Counted from the stretch's first letter, positions 10,756-25,443 are shown. The stretch: DNA of 64,000 nt from Aquificaceae bacterium (GCA_037925075.1 JAXSNR010000002.1:657912-721911), one strand, 5' to 3'. Translations and numbers: made by a program. Notes: generated by a model from the sequence alone, not told the origin.

Positions 10756-12491
10756 AGCCTATTTTCTTTGCCTTGGGCTTTGTATTTTTTTGCTTCTTAC
10801 CCTTTTATCTGGTTTCATCCCCAAGTGGTGGGGGTGTGTCCTTTGTAAGGATAAATCCAGAGGATTTTCAAACAAAGGAGGGAAAAGAAGGTGGAGAGAT
10901 CAGACTTTTGCTAAGCTCTGACCCAAGAACCCTGAACCCAGCCATAGCTCAGGAAACCTCTTCCACCGCAGTGCTTTCGGACCTATTCACAGGGCTTACA
11001 AAGATAGACCTTAAAACCATGCAAGTAGTCCCAGACCTTGCGGAAGGCTGGGAAGAGAAGGAGGGTGGAAGGATATACGTTTTTCACCTTAAAAAAGGTA
11101 TAAGGTGGAGCGATGGAGAGCCCTTTACCGCGGAGGATGTGGTCTTTACCTACAGGGACATATACCTAAATCCAAACATACCCAACTCCACCGGAGATAT
11201 GTTCAAGGGTATTCTTAAAAGTCAAGAAGAAATAAAAAACTTTGTGAAAAAGCTGGATGACCATAAGGTGGAGTTTAGACTTCCAGAGCCTTTTGCACCC
11301 TTTTTGAACGCCCTGTCCGCATCCATACTTCCAAAGCACAAGCTTGAAAGGTTTGTAAAAGAAGGCACCTTTATGACCGCATGGAACGTAAACACAGACC
11401 CAAAGGAGATCGTAGGTACAGGTCCCTACATGCTCAAAAGGTATGTGAAAGGGGTTATGGTGGAATACGAGGCAAACTCTTACTACTATGAGACAGATAA
11501 CTCAGGAAGGAGGCTTCCCTACATAAAGAGAAAAATAGGCTACATAGTGCAAGACCCAGACACTGCACTTTTGAAGTATTCCCTTGGAGAGATTGATTAC
11601 ATGGGCGTAAGGCCTCAAGATGTGCTTTTTATGAGTAGGGTAAAGGAAACCACTCTGTACGACCTTGGACCAACACCCTCCACCACCTTTTTGGTGTTCA
11701 ATCAAAACCCCAGCTCAAGCATACCAAAGCATAAACTAAAATGGTTTCAGAACAGAGAATTCAGAAGAGCTATATCTCATGCCATAGACAGGGAGGGCAT
11801 GTGCTACCTTGTTTATAATGGCCTTGCTGAGCCTCTGTATGGTCCTGTGACACCCGCCAACAGACCCTACTACACGGAAGGGCTTTTCCCAGTCTACGAA
11901 TACAACCTAAAAAAGGCAAGGGCTATCCTTGAAAGCATTGGCTTTAGGGACAAAAACCGCGACGGTTGGTTAGAGGACCCAGAGGGCCATACCCTTGAAA
12001 TAGTGCTTCTCACAAACGCAGGCAACAAAGAAAGGGAAGCCATGGGAAACATGATAAAGGAAGACCTTGAAAAAATAGGGATAAAGGTAATCTTCAGACC
12101 CATAGACTTTAACAGTCTTGTGGGCAGGCTCACCTCTCCACCTTACGATTGGGAAACGGTGATAATCGGGCTTACGGGCTCCATGGACCCACACTTTGGA
12201 AGGAACGTCTGGCACTCTTCTGGCACACTTCACATGTGGAACCCAAGACAGAAAACTCCTCATACAGAATGGGAAAGGAAAGTTGATGAACTTTTTGACA
12301 TGGGGGCAAGGGAGACAAACCATAAAAAAAGAGTAGAAATATACAGGTCCGCCTACCGCACAATAGCACAGGAACAACCCATGATATTCTTAACAACACC
12401 GAAAAGCATGCTTGCGGTAAGAAACAAGGTTGAAAACCTCTTCCCCACAGTTTGGGGCTGGTACAAGGAAGAAGCACTATCTGTTAGGTGA
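10752..12491 (+). CDS. ABC transporter substrate-binding protein, family 5 (peptide/nickel)
   Basis: DPRTLNP, PDLAEGW, WSDGEPFTAEDVVFT, GTGPY, FRRAISHAIDR; start moved to ATG 10752 overlapping dxr stop. Confidence 0.9.
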   Translation: MKPIFFALGFVFFCFLPFYLVSSPSGGGVSFVRINPEDFQTKEGKEGGEIRLLLSSDPRTLNPAIAQETSSTAVLSDLFTGLTKIDLKTMQVVPDLAEGWEEKEGGRIYVFHLKKGIRWSDGEPFTAEDVVFTYRDIYLNPNIPNSTGDMFKGILKSQEEIKNFVKKLDDHKVEFRLPEPFAPFLNALSASILPKHKLERFVKEGTFMTAWNVNTDPKEIVGTGPYMLKRYVKGVMVEYEANSYYYETDNSGRRLPYIKRKIGYIVQDPDTALLKYSLGEIDYMGVRPQDVLFMSRVKETTLYDLGPTPSTTFLVFNQNPSSSIPKHKLKWFQNREFRRAISHAIDREGMCYLVYNGLAEPLYGPVTPANRPYYTEGLFPVYEYNLKKARAILESIGFRDKNRDGWLEDPEGHTLEIVLLTNAGNKEREAMGNMIKEDLEKIGIKVIFRPIDFNSLVGRLTSPPYDWETVIIGLTGSMDPHFGRNVWHSSGTLHMWNPRQKTPHTEWERKVDELFDMGARETNHKKRVEIYRSAYRTIAQEQPMIFLTTPKSMLAVRNKVENLFPTVWGWYKEEALSVR

Positions 12492-13887
12492 TGAGCTCGT
12501 TTAGCCTTTCTTTTAGCACCTTGTAAGCTTCTTCTCTTACTATCCGGCTTACATCCACTTTTGATAAAACCTCGTTGACCTTCTCCCTTAAAACCTCTTC
12601 CAGTTTTCTTTCAAGAGCAGAGGATAATTGTCTGGTTATCTCTTCTGGGCTAAGGATGCTAAGCAGAGTAGAATGAAGCTTTTCTTGAGATAGTTGCTCT
12701 TTGATTAAATCTTTTAGCGCTGTTGCGAAGCTTTCCGCTATTTTTTCCATATGGACTATGCCTTCAGAAATTACAGGCTCTTCTCGCATCTCAGGTACTT
12801 CTTCTACAGAAGATGTATAGGATATGCTTTCAGGAATTGAAGGTTCTTCTAACATCTTAGGTTCTTCTTCTACAAAGGCTGGCGGTTTTTCCTCTTCAAC
12901 GCTAGCACCTACTAGCTCTTCAAGTAGTCCCATTATGCCCTTATCCTCTTCCTCTGTGAACACAGGTTCAAGCTCCATAGGTAGGGGCTCCTCAAGAGGA
13001 GGTGTTTCCAGCATAGCTTCTGCAGGGTGTTCTATAGGATATCCTTCCGCAAGTTCTATAATCTTCTCTATTGCTTTACTTAGTTCCGCCTCCCTTGCAA
13101 AGCTGTACTTTTTCTCAAGGGGGATGCTTTCCACATCTATGGTAAAGAGTTCATCAATTAAAAGAACGTAGGGCTTTTTTGCTAAGATCTCATCCTTTGA
13201 CATATCCATAAGGGTTCTATAAGCCAGCATTCCGGAAATGGTATCGAAGAGGATTATATCCGCATCCTTTGCCTTCTCAAGGGCCTCCTTAATACCCTTA
13301 GCTTCTAATATGTCGATCTTTTCTGAGAGGGCTTCTCTTACGTTGTTTATAAGAGCGGTATCAAAAGAGACTAAGAGTAGCTTTTTGTGAAGCTTTCCTT
13401 CTTCTTGAGGCAATGCAGGTTCAATAGGCAGTTCAAGGTCGAACTCTCTAAAGCCTACCATATTCTCCGTGTAAGTAGAGAGATCTTCACCCGAAGGTAC
13501 CTCCTCCAGTTGTTCTGAGAGTAAGTCCTGTGGTTGCTCTTCTACCACCTCTGGTTCGCTTACTATCGCGTCGATGATTTTAGCTAGCACTTCATCCCTC
13601 ATCACCTTTATTTTCTTTGGAGGCATTATGTTGTTCATGTCTACAGGAAATAGGTCGTCCACAAGGATTATATACTTTGAATCCTTAAATTTCTGCTTAT
13701 ACATGTTGTTTATGTCCTCTTCTGATATGGAGCCAGAGACTGCATCGTATATAACCACATCCATGTAAGAAGAAACTGTGTTTATGGCTTCCTCGCCGTT
13801 TTTCACATCCATTACGTTGTAATCTTTCAGAACTTCTTTAACTTTGTTAATTAGACTTTTATCAAAGGAGACTATGAGTATGTTCAT
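12484..13887 (-). CDS. Hypothetical protein: two receiver-like repeats, acidic Glu/Pro-rich linkers, helical C-terminus
   Basis: Internal duplication ILIVSFDKSLINKV..DVVIYD / LLLVSFDTALINNV..DIILFD. Confidence 0.75.
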   Translation of the reverse strand: MNILIVSFDKSLINKVKEVLKDYNVMDVKNGEEAINTVSSYMDVVIYDAVSGSISEEDINNMYKQKFKDSKYIILVDDLFPVDMNNIMPPKKIKVMRDEVLAKIIDAIVSEPEVVEEQPQDLLSEQLEEVPSGEDLSTYTENMVGFREFDLELPIEPALPQEEGKLHKKLLLVSFDTALINNVREALSEKIDILEAKGIKEALEKAKDADIILFDTISGMLAYRTLMDMSKDEILAKKPYVLLIDELFTIDVESIPLEKKYSFAREAELSKAIEKIIELAEGYPIEHPAEAMLETPPLEEPLPMELEPVFTEEEDKGIMGLLEELVGASVEEEKPPAFVEEEPKMLEEPSIPESISYTSSVEEVPEMREEPVISEGIVHMEKIAESFATALKDLIKEQLSQEKLHSTLLSILSPEEITRQLSSALERKLEEVLREKVNEVLSKVDVSRIVREEAYKVLKERLNELIT

Positions 13888-14471
13888 GGCCTACCCTCCA
13901 TTTTTTTAATTATATCGTCCAGTATCTTTTTTGCTTCAAACAAACTCTCCTTAGGTATGAGACCACTCATAGCAAAGGCTACCCTTAAAGCCTTCAACTT
14001 CCTTTTTAGCTCTTCCCGTAGCAGAAAATCCGCTCCCCTGTCCTTCTTAAATAGCAGGACTAGCCCAAAAATAAACAAGATAAAGCCCGAAAGGGAAACA
14101 CCTAAGGCAAAGGGTCTTTCAAGGAAGGCACTCAGATATTCTGGAAAACTTACCCTCTTTATGTATGCATAGGCGTAATCCCTACCTTTGCTGTAGCTCG
14201 TGCCTATAAAGTCTTCTACTTTAAGAGGTGCTATGGCGTTGTTTGTGGTTATAACCTTACCAGTCTCAGTCCTGAATACAAACACGTTCTCGTCCGCCCA
14301 GTTCAGCCTTATTAGGGTATCTCCAGAGTGAAGACCATGTAAGAACTTGGCTACGTTTTCTCCTATTCTTGATATCTTTGCGTTTGCATATATTTCAAAG
14401 GCCATCCACTGCCCCACAAATAAGACCAAGGCACCAAACAACACCAAGAAAGGTGCTAAAGCTTTCCCCAT
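13884..14471 (-). CDS. Hypothetical protein with two TM helices and a periplasmic loop
   Basis: Two hydrophobic segments; 4-nt overlap with downstream gene. Confidence 0.75.
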   Translation of the reverse strand: MGKALAPFLVLFGALVLFVGQWMAFEIYANAKISRIGENVAKFLHGLHSGDTLIRLNWADENVFVFRTETGKVITTNNAIAPLKVEDFIGTSYSKGRDYAYAYIKRVSFPEYLSAFLERPFALGVSLSGFILFIFGLVLLFKKDRGADFLLREELKRKLKALRVAFAMSGLIPKESLFEAKKILDDIIKKMEGRP

Positions 14472-14472
14472 C

Positions 14473-15795
14473 TTAACCTCCTACGGTTATACTTTCAACA
14501 AGAAGAGAGGGAGAACCTACATTTCCATAAAACCTTAGATCATTCCCCACCTCAACCACAGATCCCCACACATCCCTTATGTTTCCTCCTATAACGACCC
14601 CCCTCACGCCTTTTTGCCTCCTTCCTTGCCTGTATATTATACCAGAAGCACCCAGAGAAAAGTCCCCAGATACCGGGTCTACTGTATGCAAACCCATTAG
14701 GTCTGTGATAAGGAAAACATCTCCTTGAAGTAGGTCTTCAAGACTTTTCATCCCGGGTTCTATGTAAAGGTTTGTTATGCCAGATAGGGGTAGGCTTCTA
14801 AAGCCTTCTCTTAGAGAGTTACCTGTGGGCTCTGCGCCTGACTTAAGGGCGGTGTATGTGCTATGAAGGAAGCCCTTAAAAACACCCTTATCTACCACAA
14901 CCTTTTTGCTCATAGGATAGCCCTCCGCATCCACAGGAAGGCTCATAAAACCACCCTTTAGAGTACCGTCATCTACGATGGTAAGCTTTTGAGAAAAAAC
15001 CTCCGTGCCTTCGGTGCCCTTGAGGAAGGTCTTACCCTTTACAAGAGCGTCACCAAGGAATATGGTACTAAAAGCCTCAAGAATCATGGCAGATGCTTCT
15101 CTGAAAAAGACCGCAGGTATTTTGGTGGTTTCCATCTCTGAAGGTTTGAGGGTTGCAGTTGCCTTGAAAACCACATCTCTTATCAAGTTTTCTAAGGGTA
15201 ACTCCATGAGAGATCTGGCACCGCAAAACTCGTAAGATATGGATGAGTCCCCATCCTCCTCCGCAAGCACCGCCATCATAAGGGTATACCATGTGCCCCT
15301 GTAATCGTAAAAAAGCCCGCAAGAGTTAAAACACAATACTTCAAGCTCTGTTTCTTTGAGACTAACTTTTCTCACTCCCTTTACCCTTTTGTCAAGGCTC
15401 TTTGCCCTTTTCTCCAAGCCAATTATTAGGTCTATCTTTTCCTCAAGGGACCTTTTTATGCCTTCCTCGTCGTAAAAGGTTTTTAGCTCTCCCAAGTTCT
15501 TACAGGCACCAAGAGAAAAACCTTCATCTTCTGGTGTTATCTGACAAACTTGTACCGCAATGCTTACACAGTTCTTTACGGAAGATTCCTCAAGACTTGT
15601 AGTGTAAGAAAAACCCATTCTTTTGTCTTTGAAAACTCTTATGCCAACGCCTACCTCTTCAGCCCTAAGGAGGTTTTCCAGCTTTTCTTCAGAACTTTCA
15701 ATGTTTGTCTTTTTCCTGCGCTCCATATAGACTTCGTATTCATACCCAGAAGGGATAACTTCTTCTATCCAAGCTTTAAGTCTATCCATGCTCAA
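14473..15795 (-). CDS. TldD/PmbA family protein (PmbA/TldE-like)
   Basis: GVGIRV, LTIVDDG..PVDAEG, GDFSLGASG, SPSLLV; no HExxH. Confidence 0.9.
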   Translation of the reverse strand: MSMDRLKAWIEEVIPSGYEYEVYMERRKKTNIESSEEKLENLLRAEEVGVGIRVFKDKRMGFSYTTSLEESSVKNCVSIAVQVCQITPEDEGFSLGACKNLGELKTFYDEEGIKRSLEEKIDLIIGLEKRAKSLDKRVKGVRKVSLKETELEVLCFNSCGLFYDYRGTWYTLMMAVLAEEDGDSSISYEFCGARSLMELPLENLIRDVVFKATATLKPSEMETTKIPAVFFREASAMILEAFSTIFLGDALVKGKTFLKGTEGTEVFSQKLTIVDDGTLKGGFMSLPVDAEGYPMSKKVVVDKGVFKGFLHSTYTALKSGAEPTGNSLREGFRSLPLSGITNLYIEPGMKSLEDLLQGDVFLITDLMGLHTVDPVSGDFSLGASGIIYRQGRRQKGVRGVVIGGNIRDVWGSVVEVGNDLRFYGNVGSPSLLVESITVGG

Positions 15796-16535
15796 AATTT
15801 TAAGAGAAACAGATAGACTGGTGCAGTAAAAAGTAGAGAGTCAAACCTGTCGGTAAACCCGCCATGCTCTCCCAACACATTGGAAAAATCCTTTATACCC
15901 ACCTGCCTCTTTATAAAGCTTTTAAAAAGGTCTCCCATAAGTGCCATCAGCACCAAAAAGGGTGCCCACAGAATACCCTTAAACCCATGAGAAAAAGCCA
16001 TGACAAAAGTGCCCGCAAGGGCACCACCCACAAGTCCTTCCCATGTTTTCTTGGGAGAAAGTCTTGGTGAAAGGGGCCTTTTCCCAAAGTTCTTTCCCAC
16101 ATAGTAGGAAAAGATGTCCACAGCCCAGACAAAAACCAAAAGTCTCAGCAGGGCATAGCTATTCTCTTTAAGCTCCAACAAAAACACAGGAAGCACTCCC
16201 GCATAGGTGCATACCAAAAGAGCCTTTAGAAAACTGTCCATGGACCACTGCCTCCATCCAGCGTAGAAGGAAAGAAGCAAGACAAAAATCAAACCAAGCT
16301 CAAGGGAAAAGGAACTAACTAGAAAGGTAAGGGGTGGCATGTACAAAAATTCAAAGTCCAAAGCCTTCGAAAGTTCATAACCTATAAGGGATAACAGGGC
16401 AAGCACGCCAGCGTAAAAAAGGGGATAAGGGGAGAGAACAAAGGCTATGGTTATTAGTCCTACAAGTATTCCTATAAACTCCCTACTCCTATAGAAGGGC
16501 TCCAAATCTCCTCTCCCTTCTTGAAAAGTCTTCAA
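15792..16535 (-). CDS. cdsA: Phosphatidate cytidylyltransferase (true start possibly TTG ~16505)
   Basis: SPKKTWEG, GDLFKSFIKRQVGIKDFSNVLGEHGGFTDRFDS; follows uppS. Confidence 0.93.
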   Translation of the reverse strand: MKTFQEGRGDLEPFYRSREFIGILVGLITIAFVLSPYPLFYAGVLALLSLIGYELSKALDFEFLYMPPLTFLVSSFSLELGLIFVLLLSFYAGWRQWSMDSFLKALLVCTYAGVLPVFLLELKENSYALLRLLVFVWAVDIFSYYVGKNFGKRPLSPRLSPKKTWEGLVGGALAGTFVMAFSHGFKGILWAPFLVLMALMGDLFKSFIKRQVGIKDFSNVLGEHGGFTDRFDSLLFTAPVYLFLLKF

Positions 16536-17169
16536 GGGCTTTTAAAAGGTCCTCCTTTCGAAAGTCTGGCCAGTAGGTGTCCGTAAAGTAAAGCTCCGTG
16601 TACGCTAAATGCCAAAGGAGGAAGTTGGATATCCTTTTTTCGCCACCGGTTCTTATAAGAAGGTCTGGGTCTGGCACCTCTGGTAGGTCTGAATATAGCT
16701 TAAAGTTTTTCTCCGTGGGCTCAATGCCCAATTCCATGATTTTTTTTACGGCTCTGATTATCTCGTCTCTACCTCCATAATCAATAGCTAGAAAAACGTG
16801 GATTTTCTCCTTTGCTGGTCTTAGCTTTTCAACCCTTTCTATCTCCCTCAGGAGGCTTTCAGATAATCTATCCCGCCTTCCTATAAAGGAAACCCTTATA
16901 CCCTTTTCAAGCAGTGTATGGCTTCTCTCTCTGAGATATCCCTCAAGAAGCCTCATCAGACCTTTTACCTCAAACTCCGGCCTTTTCCAGTTTTCCGTGG
17001 AAAAGGTAAAGAGGGTAAGCCACCTTACACCCAGCTCTATACAGGTATCCACCAGCTCCTCACCCCTCTTTACACCTTCATAATGACCCGCTATTCTTGG
17101 AAGCCCCCTCTCCCTTGCCCATCTCCCGTTGCCATCCATTATGACCGCCAAGTGTCTTGGTATCTTCAT
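16489..17169 (-). CDS. uppS: Undecaprenyl-diphosphate synthase
   Basis: HLAVIMDGNGRWA, FSTENWKRP, LIRTGGEKRISNFLLW; ATG at 17169. Confidence 0.97.
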   Translation of the reverse strand: MKIPRHLAVIMDGNGRWARERGLPRIAGHYEGVKRGEELVDTCIELGVRWLTLFTFSTENWKRPEFEVKGLMRLLEGYLRERSHTLLEKGIRVSFIGRRDRLSESLLREIERVEKLRPAKEKIHVFLAIDYGGRDEIIRAVKKIMELGIEPTEKNFKLYSDLPEVPDPDLLIRTGGEKRISNFLLWHLAYTELYFTDTYWPDFRKEDLLKALEDFSRRERRFGALL

Positions 17170-17170
17170 A

Positions 17171-17917
17171 TCACCTTCCAAGCTTTGTTTTTGCGGTGGT
17201 AGCCTCCTCAGAGAGGGGGTAGTCCCTTATTATGGCTTCGTAGTACTCCTTTGCCTTTTGACTATCTCCCCTTTGTTCATAAAGCCTTGCCAACTGAAGC
17301 AGAGCGGAGGGTGCCTTGTTGCAATCCACCATCTCCTTTTTTTGACATCTCTCAATTAAAGTGAGCCAGACCGCCTCTGCCTTATTCATTTCCCCAAGGT
17401 CTCTATAAACCACTCCGAGCCACAGATAGGCGTTATCGGTAAGAGTTGTTTTTGGGTACTTTTTTATAAACTCTATGAGCTTATCTTTTGCCTGATTGAG
17501 TTGCTTTAGATTGTAGAGCCTTATAGCTTCATCGTATTCCTTTTGATACTCTTCGGTGGTCTGCGGTGGGCTATCTTGACGAGCCCGAGGAGGTTCCTGT
17601 GGCTTTTCTGAAGAAGGAGGCTGAGGTGCATTTTCCCTTACGGGCTCGGGTAGCCTTGTCGCTTGAGCTTGACCTTGTCTTTCAACCCTAAGCCTTTCCA
17701 AGTCAAGTCTGGTTCTTACAAGGTTCTCAGAAAGGTTATCCACCCTTGCCTCTGTTTTGAGATTTCTCTCTTCCAGTATCCTCTGTCTTTCTTCAAGCTG
17801 TGATATTCTACCTTCAAGACTAGCCACCCTCTTTTCAAACTCTTCTCTGGTTATGCTACCACAGGATGTAAACATTGCTAAAGAAAATAGGGACAAAACA
17901 CTAAATGCCCACCTCAT
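17171..17917 (-). CDS. CpoB/YbgF-like coiled-coil + TPR lipoprotein
   Basis: Lipobox FTSC, N-terminal coiled coil, TPR motifs (DNAYLWLG, APSALLQLA). Confidence 0.8.
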   Translation of the reverse strand: MRWAFSVLSLFSLAMFTSCGSITREEFEKRVASLEGRISQLEERQRILEERNLKTEARVDNLSENLVRTRLDLERLRVERQGQAQATRLPEPVRENAPQPPSSEKPQEPPRARQDSPPQTTEEYQKEYDEAIRLYNLKQLNQAKDKLIEFIKKYPKTTLTDNAYLWLGVVYRDLGEMNKAEAVWLTLIERCQKKEMVDCNKAPSALLQLARLYEQRGDSQKAKEYYEAIIRDYPLSEEATTAKTKLGR

Positions 17918-17964
17918 AATGCCTTAAATTATAACATCAATAGCACAAGGGGGCAATCGTACCA

Positions 17965-19528
<1,564 letters not shown>

Positions 19529-19564
19529 TTATAGCACAACTTTTTAGGCTATATTATTAACTTT

Positions 19565-20002
19565 ATGAAGCTTCTTTCTGCGGTCCTATTGCTACTCTCT
19601 TTAACCTTTTCCGCGGACTTTTGCATAAAAGGCATTCAAAACCCCTACCCAGAACCCTATGCAAGCTACACCTTTAGGAAAATCTTAGAAAAGGCTGTTT
19701 TAGAAACGGGAAACAGAATAAACTGTAAAAGTGATGCCAAGAGGCTTGAGCCACAGATAGAGCTTCTCAAGGAAACACCCATAGCCTTTACCCCCGAACA
19801 AAGGGTAAGTGCATACAATTTAGAGGTAAAAGTGAGCTTAAACACAGATAAGGCAAAAAAGACCTTCTCTACCACCGTCTCTTACTCCCAGCCTTCCGGA
19901 AGCCTTGGAGACCTTCCAAGGAGAAGAGCCATAGAGGATGCCTTTGGTGTAATCTACATAGACATACTTGAGTTTATAAAGCAAAGCAGAGAAGAAAAAT
20001 GA
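19565..20002 (+). CDS. Secreted LptE-like protein
   Basis: Signal peptide; size and beta-rich pattern with C-terminal helix resemble LptE; no clear lipobox. Confidence 0.45.
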   Translation: MKLLSAVLLLLSLTFSADFCIKGIQNPYPEPYASYTFRKILEKAVLETGNRINCKSDAKRLEPQIELLKETPIAFTPEQRVSAYNLEVKVSLNTDKAKKTFSTTVSYSQPSGSLGDLPRRRAIEDAFGVIYIDILEFIKQSREEK

Positions 20003-20271
20003 AGTGTCCAAGATGTGTTCATGTGGATCTGATGGAAGTAAACAAGTACGGTGTGCTGGTGGATGTTTGTCCATCCTGCGGTGGCATATGGCTTGACAAG
20101 GGCGAGCTTTCCAAGATAATAGAAGCCATAAGGAGAGCGGAAAGCTCCATTGACGAGGAGCTAAGGGTTATAACAAAGGAATACCCAGAGGTGTACAAGA
20201 GGTACGAAGAGTACAAGTATAAAAAGAAGAAAAAGTCCATCTTTGAAGAACTCTTTGATATCTTTGACTGA
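19999..20271 (+). CDS. zf-TFIIB-type zinc-ribbon protein
   Basis: MKCPRC...VDVCPSCGGIWLDKGEL and KKKKSIFEELFD tail. Confidence 0.88.
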   Translation: MKCPRCVHVDLMEVNKYGVLVDVCPSCGGIWLDKGELSKIIEAIRRAESSIDEELRVITKEYPEVYKRYEEYKYKKKKKSIFEELFDIFD

Positions 20272-21347
20272 TGGAAGATATAAAGTTTATGAAAAGAGCT
20301 TTGGAGCTTGCGTCCCTTCGCAAGGGCTTGACCCATCCCAATCCTACCGTGGGTTGTGTGATAGTAAAGGATGGAGAGGTTATAGCGGAAGGCTATCATG
20401 AAAGGGCTGGAATGCCTCATGCGGAAGTGGTAGCTCTTGAAAGGGCCGGCGACAAGGCAAGGGGAGCCACCCTATACGTGACCCTTGAACCTTGCACTCA
20501 CTTTGGAAGAACTCCCCCATGCACCGACGCCATTATAAGGGCAGGGCTAAAAAGGGTTGTAATTGCAACCCTTGACCCTAACCCTCTCGTGTCGGGCAAG
20601 GGAGTGGAAAGGCTAAAAAAGGCGGGCATAGAGGTATCCGTGGGCATCCTTGAGGAGGAAGCAAAAAGGCTAAATGAAGACTTTTTCCTTTACATAACCC
20701 AAAAAAGACCCTACATAACCCTCAAGTGGGCTCAGAGCGTGGATGGGTCTTTGGCAACAAAGAGGGGAGACAGCCAATGGATAAGCTCTCAAAAGTCAAG
20801 GGACTTTGCACACAGATTGAGGGCGGAAGCGACCGCGATTCTTGTGGGCATAAACACAGTCCTAAGGGACAACCCAAAACTCACCGTGAGAGCCTTTGAA
20901 TGGGAAAGACAACCCATGAGGGTGGTCCTTGACCCACAACTGAAAATCCCAGAAGATTGTAATCTCGTAAGAGACGGACAGGCACAGACCATAATCTTTA
21001 CCGCAAGCGAAGACAGAGAGAAAATAAAAAGGCTTGAAGAAAAGGGCATAAAGGTGCTTCTGGCACCCGTAAAGGACAGAAGGCTTGACCTAAAAGAAGT
21101 TCTTCGGGAGCTATACTTTTTGGAAGTTATGCATCTTCTTGTGGAGGGCGGGGCAGTCACCTTAACATCCTTTATAAGGGAGGGTCTTTTTGACCGGTTA
21201 TGGGTATTCATAGGTCCTCTTCTTATAGGTGAGGGCAAAAGGATAGGAGATTTAGGGGTAGAGCTTCTAAAGGAAGCACCAAAATTAAAGCTAAGAGAGA
21301 TAAAAACCTTTGAAGGGGATGTGGCTTTAGAATATATCAGGTTATGA
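20271..21347 (+). CDS. ribD: Riboflavin biosynthesis deaminase/reductase
   Basis: [29 protein letters not shown]. Confidence 0.98.
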   Translation: MEDIKFMKRALELASLRKGLTHPNPTVGCVIVKDGEVIAEGYHERAGMPHAEVVALERAGDKARGATLYVTLEPCTHFGRTPPCTDAIIRAGLKRVVIATLDPNPLVSGKGVERLKKAGIEVSVGILEEEAKRLNEDFFLYITQKRPYITLKWAQSVDGSLATKRGDSQWISSQKSRDFAHRLRAEATAILVGINTVLRDNPKLTVRAFEWERQPMRVVLDPQLKIPEDCNLVRDGQAQTIIFTASEDREKIKRLEEKGIKVLLAPVKDRRLDLKEVLRELYFLEVMHLLVEGGAVTLTSFIREGLFDRLWVFIGPLLIGEGKRIGDLGVELLKEAPKLKLREIKTFEGDVALEYIRL

Positions 21348-22240
21348 GAATACTTTTCTTTGGCACGCCTGAGTTTGCTCTACCTTCTTTGAGAAGACTT
21401 TACCAAGAGTTTGAAGTTGTGGGGGTTGTAAGCCAGCCAGCCAGACCAGCGGGCAGAGGGCAAAAGCTTACACCACCACCCGTTAAACTTTTGGCTCAGG
21501 AGCTTGGGCTTGAGGTTTTTCAGCCGGAAAAGAAAAGCCAAATCCTTCCCATAGTGGAAAGGCTAAACCCAGAGTGTGTAGTGGTGGTAGCTTACGGAAA
21601 GATACTTCCGCCGGAGGTAATCAGATTTCCCACCTATGGCTGTATAAACCTTCATGCAAGCTTACTACCCGCTTACAGAGGCTCCGCACCCATACAGAGG
21701 GCTATCATGGCTGGAGAAAAAACAACGGGGAACACGGTAATACTTATGGATGAGGGCATGGACACGGGAGGAATCCTAGCCCAAGAGGAAGAAGTTATCC
21801 ATCAAGAGGACAATCTCAAAAGCCTTTCTGAAAGGCTTTCTCAAAAAGGTGCTGATTTGTTAGTAAGGACTTTAAAGGATTGGTTTGCGGGTAGAATAAA
21901 GCCTGTACCACAAGACCACAAAAGAGCCACCTACGCACCGCCGGTGCAAAAGGAAGAGTTCCGAATATGCTGGAAAGCGGACGCGCAAAGTGTAAAAGAC
22001 AGAATAAGGGGGCTATATCCCGATTGCTACACCCTTACAGAAAAGGGAGAAAGGATAAAGATTCTCAAGGTAAGGGTTGTGAAGGGTCAAGGAAGCCCGG
22101 GGGAGGTTATTGACAGAAAAAGTTTAACCGTTGCCTGCGGAGAGGGTGCGGTAGAAGTCTTGGAGCTAATATCTCCAAAGGGAAAAGCTATGAGCGGAGA
22201 AGAGTTTATGAGGGGGTACAAGGTGGAGAGGTTTTTGTGA
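21344..22240 (+). CDS. fmt: Methionyl-tRNA formyltransferase
   Basis: [34 protein letters not shown]. Confidence 0.98.
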   Translation: MRILFFGTPEFALPSLRRLYQEFEVVGVVSQPARPAGRGQKLTPPPVKLLAQELGLEVFQPEKKSQILPIVERLNPECVVVVAYGKILPPEVIRFPTYGCINLHASLLPAYRGSAPIQRAIMAGEKTTGNTVILMDEGMDTGGILAQEEEVIHQEDNLKSLSERLSQKGADLLVRTLKDWFAGRIKPVPQDHKRATYAPPVQKEEFRICWKADAQSVKDRIRGLYPDCYTLTEKGERIKILKVRVVKGQGSPGEVIDRKSLTVACGEGAVEVLELISPKGKAMSGEEFMRGYKVERFL

Positions 22241-22243
22241 TTT

Positions 22244-22839
22244 TTAGCCAAAAAGTTCCTTCTTCTTCTCAGATGGAAGCTTAGAGAGGTAGAGGTTGAC
22301 ATAAAAGTAATCTGGTTCGCTTTTTTGGGCTCTGGTTCTTATTTGAAATTCTGGATTTTCTGGATTTTCATGGTTGAAAACAACCAAACCTATGCCAAAT
22401 AGCATACAAAGGGATTCAAGCCTTGATAAGACCTCGTTTCCTACCTGTCTTGGAATAACCATATACACCTTATGACTGAAAAGCTTATAGCTACAAGCTT
22501 GACCAAAAGCTGTTATAAGAGACTGTGTATCCACCGCAGATTTTATTTCTACGCTTACCCAAGACCACCGCCTTTGTACATTCTCCAAGCTCCTGAATAA
22601 TATAGTCCTTGAAGGCTTCATAGAAATCTTCTTCTCTTACTTTGGGTCCTTTTGAAGGCTCCTTTTGAGATTCATCTTCCCTGTTATAGCCTTCCCACAC
22701 ATATAAGCCTCGTTCTGGAATTGTTATTCCTTTGATTTTGCCTTTTTTGATATCCTGCTGGAAGTTATACAAAGCTCCAGTTATAGTGTTTCTGTTTACA
22801 TCAGGCAAACTCTGAGCTATGTATTCGTGAAGTTGACTA
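22244..22839 (-). pseudogene. Broken gene for an HTH + PD-(D/E)XK-like (restriction-endonuclease-fold) protein
   Basis: Two overlapping frames (..ECTKAVVLG | VSVEIKS..AFGQACSYKLF..) joined near 22558; no start codon, abuts tsaD stop. Confidence 0.65.
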
Positions 22840-25059
<2,220 letters not shown>

Positions 25060-25063
<4 letters not shown>

Positions 25064-25443
25064 TTTTCTCTTTCCTCCACCTTGATAAATATAGTCTTAA
25101 CGTCCCTGAGGTAAAAGCCCGCTTCACCTACCTGAGAGTTTCCTTTACAATAGGTGTTTGCGGGTATAAGGTAGTCCTTTGATGGACCATCTTTGAAGTA
25201 AAAGCGAACCCTAAGATGCTGTCCCTCTTGACCGAGGACTTCCAAAGACTTAAGGGATGAAAGCCTTACCGCATACTCCACCTTTCCTTCCGCAACTCTG
25301 AGGTGTTCCCTACCGTTGCACAAAAGGCCCTTAAGGCTATGCTTTAGGCCATCCCTGTCTTCGAGCTCAACATGTAACTTAGTGTCCTTGACTGGCTCCG
25401 CCATAGAGATCAAGAAGGGCAAAAGAAAAAGCCACCTTCTCAT
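25060..25443 (-). CDS. Hypothetical secreted protein
   Basis: Short signal peptide; overlaps ctpA start by 4 nt; TATAAT 8 nt upstream. Confidence 0.75.
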
